From positions 722 through 64,721 of the forward strand of contig JAUIAO010000027.1 in the NCBI GenBank assembly GCA_030425425.1: a stretch of 64,000 nucleotides of DNA, in the 5' to 3' direction. Below are positions 56,806-64,000 of the stretch, piece after piece. Under the pieces are notes generated by a model. The model had not been told where the DNA came from, searched no databases, and saw nothing but the letters and a program-made list of their open reading frames with translations. The position numbers and the translations under genes are program-made. Numbering within the stretch: the stretch's first letter is position 1; the number at the start of each line of letters is the position of its first letter. The DNA is from Bacteroidia bacterium (GTDB lineage Bacteria; Bacteroidota; Bacteroidia; Cytophagales; Cyclobacteriaceae).

Positions 56806-58293
56806 TTGAAATTACATATAGGAAATATTCTTCTCTTTTCTGTTCTGGTTTTTAGCCAGAGCTGCACAACAACAACCAAAAGTCAGCGCGATGAACCACT
56901 AGATGAGCCTGAAGAGGTGGTAGTAAACCTGGATTTAGAAAAAATCAAAGAAAGGGGCTATATCACCGCGATTATGGACAATAGCTCCACAGGTCTTTTT
57001 ATCTATAGAGGCAATACGATGGGCTATGAATATGAGCTTGTAAAGCAGTTTGCCGATCACCTCGGCGTAGAGCTGAAAATTAATATTACTCCGAGCATTG
57101 AAGAGGGATTTAAAAAACTCAATAGTGGAGAGGGAGATATTTTGGCCAATAACCTGACTGTAACTAAGGAAAGGAAAAAGCGAATTGCTTTTACACACTA
57201 TCACAATTTGGTCAGGATGGTTTTGATTCAAAGAAAACCCGATAACTGGCGAGATATGAAGCTCCATGAAATCGAGAAAGAGTTGATAAGAAATCCGGTG
57301 GAATTGATAGGGAAGGAGGTTATAGTGCGAAACTCATCTTCCTATTTGGAGCGACTTAGAAACTTATCCAATGAAATAGGCGGAGATATCATCATTGTAG
57401 AAGAAGAACCTGATATTGAGACCGAGACTATTATTCGAAATGTGGCGGAAGGCAAATATCAATACACTGTAGCGGAGGAAGATATAGCTCTTGTAAATGC
57501 GACGTATTACCGCAACTTGGATATTAAGACCCCAGTAAGTTTCCCAACTCAAATAGCGTGGGGAGTCAGAAAAAATGCTGATGATCTGCTCGATACACTC
57601 AACGCATGGATCGCGGATATGCGAAAAACCGCTGATTATTATACTATTTACAATAAATATTTCAAAAGCCGAAAAGCCTCATTGAAGCGTACCAGAAGTG
57701 AGTATTATTCTCTGAGTGGTGGTAAGTTGTCTCCTTACGACTCTCTCATCATACAATATGCTGATAGTCTGAACTGGGATTGGAAGCTGTTGGCTGCTCA
57801 GATCTACAAAGAATCGAAGTTTGACGCCAATGCAGAGTCGTGGGCTGGTGCGATTGGTTTGCTTCAGTTGATGCCGGAGACCGCAGAAGAATATGGTGTT
57901 TCGCGTGCGAATCTGACTATTCCCGAAGAAAATATAAAGGCTGGAACGAATCACATTCGTTGGTTGCAGGATTATTTTGCAGATGTAATAGATGATCCGG
58001 AAGAACGTTTGAAGTTTATTTTGGCGGCTTATAATGTTGGACATGGTCATGTGATGGACGCCATTAGACTTACTAAGAAAAATGGAGGAAATCCTCAGCT
58101 CTGGGAAGATCATGTTAGAGAATATCTCCTCAACAAATCTAACAGCAAATACTTCAACGATGAAGTGGTCCAATATGGATATTGTCGTGGTATTGAGCCT
58201 GTCACGTATGTGTCCACTATTTTTTCGATTTATGAAAACTATAAATCAATCATATCTGAGGGACTTAATGAAATAGATCATCAACCAACTTAG
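56806..58293 (+). CDS. mltF: MltF-like lipoprotein (solute-binding domain + SLT lytic transglycosylase)
   Basis: G.EYEL...FA..LG, ESKFD..A.SW.GA.GL.QLMP.TA, AAYNVG.GHV.DA. Confidence 0.88.
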   Translation: MKLHIGNILLFSVLVFSQSCTTTTKSQRDEPLDEPEEVVVNLDLEKIKERGYITAIMDNSSTGLFIYRGNTMGYEYELVKQFADHLGVELKINITPSIEEGFKKLNSGEGDILANNLTVTKERKKRIAFTHYHNLVRMVLIQRKPDNWRDMKLHEIEKELIRNPVELIGKEVIVRNSSSYLERLRNLSNEIGGDIIIVEEEPDIETETIIRNVAEGKYQYTVAEEDIALVNATYYRNLDIKTPVSFPTQIAWGVRKNADDLLDTLNAWIADMRKTADYYTIYNKYFKSRKASLKRTRSEYYSLSGGKLSPYDSLIIQYADSLNWDWKLLAAQIYKESKFDANAESWAGAIGLLQLMPETAEEYGVSRANLTIPEENIKAGTNHIRWLQDYFADVIDDPEERLKFILAAYNVGHGHVMDAIRLTKKNGGNPQLWEDHVREYLLNKSNSKYFNDEVVQYGYCRGIEPVTYVSTIFSIYENYKSIISEGLNEIDHQPT

Positions 58294-59731
58294 CCGAAGA
58301 TAAACTTAGTGGAATGCCTCCACCTGGATGTACACTGCCACCGCAAAAATAGAGCCCTTTCACCCTTTTACTTTTATTGGAATGTCGCAGGAATGCAGCA
58401 AAGAGATTGTTTGAACTGTTGCCATATAATGCGCCCTGGGCTGAGCTGGTTTTCTTTTCTATTAATATTGGATCTAAGACTTCCTCCACTTCTATAAGCT
58501 CTTCAATGTCCGATTTCAACATAGAAGACACTTTTCTGATGATAGAGGCTCTCGCTTCATTTTTCAATTTTTCCCAGTTCTGTCCTTTGTTATTGGGGAC
58601 ATTGATCATTACAAACCAGTTTTCCGAACCTTCAGGGGCATCATTGCTTTCATACTTAGAGGTTATATTAATGTAGACCGTGGGATCATTGTAAATACTT
58701 CCTTGGTTGAAAATATGATCAAATTCAGTCTTATAATCATCAGAGAAAAGGATATTGTGTGCGTCGAGTTGAGGAAACGTTTTTTTAATGCCCCAATAAA
58801 AAATGAGAGCAGAACTGGATTTCGGTTGGTTGAGCAAAAAGTCGGGAGCCTTTAGTGAAGGTAGTAGCTTTTTGTATGTATTAACAATATCCATATTGCT
58901 CACTACCCGATCAAAATGCATTTTTTGATCTTTTACTTTTATACCAACAATTTGCTTTCTGGTAATTAGTATTTCAGTGACCGGTGAATTGAAATGAAAT
59001 TGTATTCCAAGACGGTTCGCCAACTGATACAAAGATCTTGTAATCTCATGCATTCCGCCTTTTGGCATAAATGCCCCTATGTTCATCTCCAGATGAGGAA
59101 TGATATTCATAGTCGCAGGTGTTTTGAATGGAGATGACCCATTATACGTTGCATACCTGTTGAATAGCTGAGTCAGTCGCTTATCTTTAAATCGCTTCGA
59201 ATTGGCAGAATTCATAGTACCAAAAAATCCGAGCTTGTGAATACTTCCATAAGCTTTGAAAGCTGATTTGGAAAGAAAAGTCTTTAATCGGTCGATACTG
59301 CTGAAAATGAACAATTCACTCAGTTTTTCATAAAGGAATTTGCTGTTGTTTATAGCCGTTTCAATGTTTTTCGCTGATTCATGGGTCTTTTCAGTGATTT
59401 CTTGAATCAATTTTTCCTTCTCAGAGAATGCTCGGATAAATGTACCATCAGGATAAAAGTAATGACAGTTTGTAGGCAGCTTTATGTAATTGAAGTGATC
59501 TCGTGGGTTTTCTCCGGCAAGCTCAAAAAGTTCATCTACCAAATGTGGTAAAGTAAACAGTGATGGTCCTGCGTCGAATCGATATGATCCCTGCTGGACT
59601 TGTGAGAGTTTGCCTCCAGGGTAAGCATTGGATTCAAAAACACTGACTTCATGACCACCAATTCTCAATCTGATTGCAGCCGCTATGCCACCAATACCCG
59701 AGCCGATAACAGCAACTGATTTCCTATTCAT
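58265..59731 (-). CDS. Phytoene desaturase family enzyme (CrtD/CrtI-like)
   Basis: IGSGIGG.AAA Rossmann fold, RFDAGPSLFT, RYATYNGS.P, GGSVHPGGGIP. Confidence 0.9.
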   Translation of the reverse strand: MNRKSVAVIGSGIGGIAAAIRLRIGGHEVSVFESNAYPGGKLSQVQQGSYRFDAGPSLFTLPHLVDELFELAGENPRDHFNYIKLPTNCHYFYPDGTFIRAFSEKEKLIQEITEKTHESAKNIETAINNSKFLYEKLSELFIFSSIDRLKTFLSKSAFKAYGSIHKLGFFGTMNSANSKRFKDKRLTQLFNRYATYNGSSPFKTPATMNIIPHLEMNIGAFMPKGGMHEITRSLYQLANRLGIQFHFNSPVTEILITRKQIVGIKVKDQKMHFDRVVSNMDIVNTYKKLLPSLKAPDFLLNQPKSSSALIFYWGIKKTFPQLDAHNILFSDDYKTEFDHIFNQGSIYNDPTVYINITSKYESNDAPEGSENWFVMINVPNNKGQNWEKLKNEARASIIRKVSSMLKSDIEELIEVEEVLDPILIEKKTSSAQGALYGNSSNNLFAAFLRHSNKSKRVKGLYFCGGSVHPGGGIPLSLSSAKLVDDLFH

Positions 59732-59889
59732 CTTTTTTGAACAACCGTTCTTCTAAAAATGTTTTATTGGAAAAATATAATTAATTATAATAAAAATGCA
59801 ATAATTTGGTTACAAAACTAAACGCTCAGGTATCTACTATTGAATTCGTTTTAATTATATTAGCTAAACCATGATAACGGTAACTACAT

Positions 59890-60338
59890 TGATGAAAACA
59901 CAGGTCGAGCAACTCTTAGATGAATATAAAAAGGTCAGAAACATAGATCTATCTCTTGAACAATTCACCTACATATTGAATCTATACCCATCTTTAATTG
60001 TCTGTATGTGTGATGGTGTGCTGGATAAGGAAGAATGGGATGGTGTGCTTAGGACAGCTAAAGGGTTGACTTTGGAATATACCTCATCTCGGGAGCCGGA
60101 AGAAGCAGAGAAACTAGAGCAATCTTTTCGCACTGAATTCAGATATCTTTTAGATAACATAGATAAGTGGCAAAAGAAATTTCTTAATGCTTTAAAAAAC
60201 CATATCGCTGGGAACAAACTTGATAAAGAATTCGTACTGGAATCTATGTATCTTTTTGCCAATGCCTCCGATGGGATCTCTGCTATCGAGCAGGAAACAA
60301 TAGAGCAATTATCACAACGGCTTGCATTAGAATTCTAA
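59890..60338 (+). CDS. TerB-like protein
   Basis: CMCDGVLDKEE and NASDGISAIEQETI..L...L two-site TerB pattern. Confidence 0.65.
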
Positions 60339-61609
60339 GAATTTTCTACGATCAGTTTTTTCAAAATTTCTGAAAATCGAAAGACTTCCTCATAGGTATT
60401 GTACATAGGAGTAGGTGCTACCCTAATTACATTTGGTTCTCTCCAATCCAGAATCACACCACTTTCAATGAGTCCGTCGAAAATGGCTTTTGCATTCACT
60501 CTTAAGGATAATGATAGCTGACAGCCTCTTGCATCTGGATTGGATGGCGTGATGATATTCACATTTGCTTTTAGTAATTCATCCTCGATCAATAGAAACT
60601 CCAGAAAGCCAGTTAGCTTTTCACTTTTCGACCTCAATGCGGACATATTTGTTTTTTCAAATACGGAGAGTGATGCTAAATAAGCCACAGCAGAAAGGAT
60701 ATTGGTATTACTCAAAATCCAGGCGTCTGCTCCTGCGCTTGGATGGAAGTGGTTATCCATATCAAATCTTGTATCCAGGTGATGGCCCCACCAACCCGTA
60801 AGTTTTGGGAAGTTAGGATCATTGGAATGGTTTTCGTGGATGAAAGCTCCAGACATTCCTCCAGGCCCAGAGTTCATGTATTTATAACTGCACCATGCAG
60901 CAAAATCAACCTGATCTTCATGAAGTGAGAGCAAAACATTACCAGCCGCGTGTGCAAGATCATAACCGGCCAATGCACCCACCGAATGTGCTGCCCTAGT
61001 AATATTTTTCAGGTCAAAAAACTGTCCCGTGTAATATTGGATTCCCGGAAGAAAAACGAGCGCCAGTTCGTCACCAATTCCTTCAATATGCTCAATGATT
61101 TCTTCTGTGGTAAAAAGCTCTCCCTGCTGTGGCTTGATAAGTATCATGTGATCCTCTGGAGAAACTCCCTTCATTTTCATGTGAGATTCCACCACGTAGT
61201 GGTCGGAAGGAAACGCTCCTTGTTCCAGTAAGATTTTTACTCTTTTTTCTGAAGGTTGATAAAATGAGGCTAATAGCAAATGAAGGTTTGTGGTAAGGTT
61301 GTTCATGGCTACCACTTCTGATTCTTTTGCACCTACAATATGTGCTAATGGTTTTTTGAACTTCTTCTGAATATTTACCCAAGGGTTTTCTCCTTTGAAG
61401 TGGCCCTCAACTCCAATAGATTTCCAGATGTCCAGCTCTTTTTTGAGAAAACTTTCCGTCGCTTTAGGCTGCAATCCCAACGAATTGCCGCAGAAATATA
61501 TCGAGTCAGCTCCTTCATGCGGTGGAATATGATATTCTGAACGAAGATGGTTTAGCGGATCATTTCGATCCATTTTGATAGCATATTCGAGGGTGTTCTG
61601 AAAGTTCAT
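60335..61609 (-). CDS. kynU: Kynureninase
   Basis: YFCGNSLGLQP, MNNLT.NLHL, FPSD.Y, DLAHAAGN, WCSYKY.NSGPG, GWWGH; ATG 61609. Confidence 0.96.
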   Translation of the reverse strand: MNFQNTLEYAIKMDRNDPLNHLRSEYHIPPHEGADSIYFCGNSLGLQPKATESFLKKELDIWKSIGVEGHFKGENPWVNIQKKFKKPLAHIVGAKESEVVAMNNLTTNLHLLLASFYQPSEKRVKILLEQGAFPSDHYVVESHMKMKGVSPEDHMILIKPQQGELFTTEEIIEHIEGIGDELALVFLPGIQYYTGQFFDLKNITRAAHSVGALAGYDLAHAAGNVLLSLHEDQVDFAAWCSYKYMNSGPGGMSGAFIHENHSNDPNFPKLTGWWGHHLDTRFDMDNHFHPSAGADAWILSNTNILSAVAYLASLSVFEKTNMSALRSKSEKLTGFLEFLLIEDELLKANVNIITPSNPDARGCQLSLSLRVNAKAIFDGLIESGVILDWREPNVIRVAPTPMYNTYEEVFRFSEILKKLIVENS

Positions 61610-61703
61610 TTTCAATTGGTTAATTTTTGAGTTGTTTTCAGGGTGATGACAAAAGTATTTGAATACCTTCAGGAAATAAAATTGACTCATAAACAGAGAT
61701 AAT

Positions 61704-62477
61704 ATGAAAATTGATTTATCAGGAAAATCAGCCCTGGTATGTGGTGCATCACAAGGAATTGGGGAGGCTTGTGCACAATCGTTGGCTGCATGTGGAGCCA
61801 ATGTGACATTGGTCGCGCGGAGTGAACAAAAACTAAAAGAAGTGGTAAAAACCTTGCCATCGGGCAATCATCAAATATTTTTGGCCGACTTGTCAAACAA
61901 ACAACAGGTACAAAAGCTCGTCGATCACATCAGCAAAACTGGTTTTGATATTTTGATAAATAATACTGGAGGACCGCAACCTGGACCAATTACAGATGCT
62001 TCCTTGGAAGAATTCGAAAATGGAATCCAAGCTCATTTATTTGCAAGTCATCAATTGGTACAAGCGAGCATTCCTACAATGAAGGCTAAAGGTTTTGGTC
62101 GAATTATCAATATCATTTCTACAAGCGTGAAAATTCCAATCCCAGGACTGGGAGTTAGCAATACCATAAGGGGAGCTATGGCTTCATGGGCCAAGAGCAT
62201 GAGTAATGAACTAGCTCAACATGGTATTACAGTCAATAATATTTTGCCAGGACTTATTGAAACGCCTCGTCTTATGAGTTTGATTGAGCAGACGGCTAAA
62301 CAGCAGGAATTGGATATTGATGTGGTTTCTGAGAATTTTAAAAGCACAGTTCCTTCAGGTAGGTTTGGTCAACCATCAGAAATTGGAAATATGGTTGCCT
62401 TTCTAGCCTCTGAGTATGGAGCTTATATCAATGGAACCAGTATTCCTGTAGATGGAGGGAGAACTGGTGCGATATAG
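61704..62477 (+). CDS. Short-chain dehydrogenase/reductase
   Basis: CGASQGIG, NNTGGP, SN..R, NN.LPG...T.R, G..IPVDGG. Confidence 0.92.
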   Translation: MKIDLSGKSALVCGASQGIGEACAQSLAACGANVTLVARSEQKLKEVVKTLPSGNHQIFLADLSNKQQVQKLVDHISKTGFDILINNTGGPQPGPITDASLEEFENGIQAHLFASHQLVQASIPTMKAKGFGRIINIISTSVKIPIPGLGVSNTIRGAMASWAKSMSNELAQHGITVNNILPGLIETPRLMSLIEQTAKQQELDIDVVSENFKSTVPSGRFGQPSEIGNMVAFLASEYGAYINGTSIPVDGGRTGAI

Positions 62478-62502
62478 GATTTTCAAAATGAAGACAAATA
62501 AA

Positions 62503-62534
62503 AAACCCTTTTCAAATTGCTCTGAAAAGGGTTT
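62503..62534. terminator. Probable bidirectional terminator between convergent genes
   Basis: AAACCCTTTTCA-aattgctc-TGAAAAGGGTTT. Confidence 0.75.
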
Positions 62535-62556
62535 CGCTTTAATAGTTTGCTTTATG

Positions 62557-63291
62557 TTAGGCTTCTTGCTCTACTCTTAATTTGGAAATAGCGAACGATT
62601 TGCGTTCCTTGTGTCCACAGTAAGTGCAAGTGTAATATTTCATCAATTCACCTTCTTCTGTTGTCGTTGCTTCCTGAATCACTTCTTCACGATCTACTCT
62701 TAGAGTTTGATAGTTGCATTCAGAGCACTGAAGAGCGTGTAATCTACCGTTGTATTTTTCGATTTTTGTAAATCCAGATATTTCATCGATCCATACATCA
62801 TAATCCACGGAGAAGGCATTTTCTTCTGCTTGCATTCCTTCATCAAGGTACACGTCTTCTTCCTCTTCACTTAGAAGTTTCATTTTTCTTCCATCAGGAG
62901 AAGTCCTTGGAGTATATCTCAATTTCTTTAGTCTTTTCTCGATGAAGAATGGATAATAGAATTTTAATACGTTTTGCACAATCACACCAACGATCATTGC
63001 CACCATGAGGCTAACGAATAACCAAACAAAGAACCACATCCAGGTGGTTTCAGGCCTCAATGTGTTGGCATAAAGAGTGGCTCCAGATAAAATCAACAAG
63101 AAACCATACCATAGCAGGTTGATTTCGTGCATGTTGATATAGTCATATCGAGATTTGAAATCTTTTGTAGTGACGAGCTTGAGATAGTGTCCGATTAGGA
63201 TCAATACACCAACTCCTCCAGCAACGTATGCGAGCAACTGACCATAAGTGTTCCAAGCTGCGAGTAAACTAGTAGATATAGGTTCGGTCAT
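62557..63291 (-). CDS. Membrane protein with C-terminal zinc ribbon
   Basis: Three TM helices, VDYDVW.., CSEC.YQTL...CTYCG. Confidence 0.75.
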   Translation of the reverse strand: MTEPISTSLLAAWNTYGQLLAYVAGGVGVLILIGHYLKLVTTKDFKSRYDYINMHEINLLWYGFLLILSGATLYANTLRPETTWMWFFVWLFVSLMVAMIVGVIVQNVLKFYYPFFIEKRLKKLRYTPRTSPDGRKMKLLSEEEEDVYLDEGMQAEENAFSVDYDVWIDEISGFTKIEKYNGRLHALQCSECNYQTLRVDREEVIQEATTTEEGELMKYYTCTYCGHKERKSFAISKLRVEQEA

Positions 63292-63637
63292 AGCAGAAAT
63301 TTGATTTTGCGGTTAATTTTAATACAAAAGTGTGATATTTTTTCAATTTCACAACATGCTTTTACCAATCTAACAAACCAAACATCAATAAGATTTCTTA
63401 GTTGATTAGAAACAATTACACTCAAAAACACTAACAATTTATCAATTATCGCCCTCAATCCAACCTTTTTATCCTAAATAGTGTCAACATATTGCATCTA
63501 AAGTGACTGTTTTTCGTAATCGGGAACTTAGAGTTGTTACTCAGTCATTAATGCAGATCATTGAATATTCTTAAAGGAATTAACAATATCTTTGCAACTG
63601 ATTCAACTAATCATAAATTTTATTAAATAGAACAAGT

Positions 63638-64000
63638 ATGAAAAGATTATTTCAAAATTTACTTTTAATTGGTTTGATGGCTACAGCCGTTTTTATGTAC
63701 AGTTGTGGTGAAGACACTACTGAAGAGCCAGCATTGGCAAAACCAACTATTACATTATCAGGAGACTTACTCTCACAGACTACTTTTGAAGTAGGTGATT
63801 CTGTTGGGTTCAATGTTTCGTTTACGGCAGAGGCTGAGTTTAGTGGATTCAACTATCAGGTTACTATCAACAAAGATTCTGTGAATGAGCAGACACAGGC
63901 TATGCAATATGTAACTCCAACAGATCTTGGGTTTACTAATAATGAAACCAGTGGAATGTTTGGGTTCTCTATTATGCAAGAAATTCCTGAAGAGTTGGCT
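63638..64000 (+). CDS. Lipoprotein, 5' part only (runs off the window; not in the ORF track)
   Basis: MKRLFQNLLLIGLMATAVFMYSC-GEDTTEEP lipobox plus acidic export motif; frame open to the window edge. Confidence 0.8.
   Translation, partial: MKRLFQNLLLIGLMATAVFMYSCGEDTTEEPALAKPTITLSGDLLSQTTFEVGDSVGFNVSFTAEAEFSGFNYQVTINKDSVNEQTQAMQYVTPTDLGFTNNETSGMFGFSIMQEIPEELA

Noticed and set aside
61610-61867. 86-aa N-terminal extension of kynU
   Set aside because: It overlaps the divergent SDR gene antisense; kynureninase homology starts at ATG 61609.
1-64000. tRNA/rRNA genes and the many 60-160-aa shadow ORFs in the track
   Set aside because: No cloverleaf or rRNA signatures were seen. The shadow ORFs lie antisense or out-of-frame within well-supported genes and have no motifs.

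Overview
A 64-kb chromosomal window from a Bacteroidota genome, most likely a marine Cytophagales-type organism. This is inferred from a T9SS C-terminal domain, TAnnTTTG promoters, lipoprotein signals, a fused SecDF and a split nuo operon. Most of the window is housekeeping or metabolic: rarA, hutI/hutG, nuoA-D, nnr, ltaE, sucD, secDF, udk, rdgB, FKBP PPIases, ndk, scpA, dxs, mltF, a crt desaturase and kynU. I found no tRNA, rRNA or CRISPR array. The accessory or unexplained elements are: (1) 1-2450, a RAYT (HUH) transposase with a family of REP/REPIN inverted repeats, including one in-frame inside its own gene, plus a 21-bp-period palindrome array, a broken EcoRI-type methylase start, a HEPN (AbiU2-like) gene enclosed by two near-identical REPINs, and a candidate ~60-nt sRNA; (2) a four-helix-bundle (23S-IVP/Avd-like) gene inserted between nuoC and nuoD inside inverted heptamer arrays, plus solo octamer arrays elsewhere; (3) a tandemly duplicated two-gene module, small beta-barrel-like protein + SiaC-like protein, with a shared upstream motif and one copy lacking the phospho-acceptor Thr; (4) a secDF upstream ORF ending SPNAP-stop that resembles a translation-arrest monitoring peptide; (5) a double cNMP-domain acyltransferase coupled to an SGNH hydrolase; (6) an atypical DAH7P-synthase-like gene coupled to a KdsC-family phosphatase; (7) LacI-type operators. 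All calls come from reading the sequence by eye; no database searches were run. Several start codons were moved downstream of the ORF-track starts.
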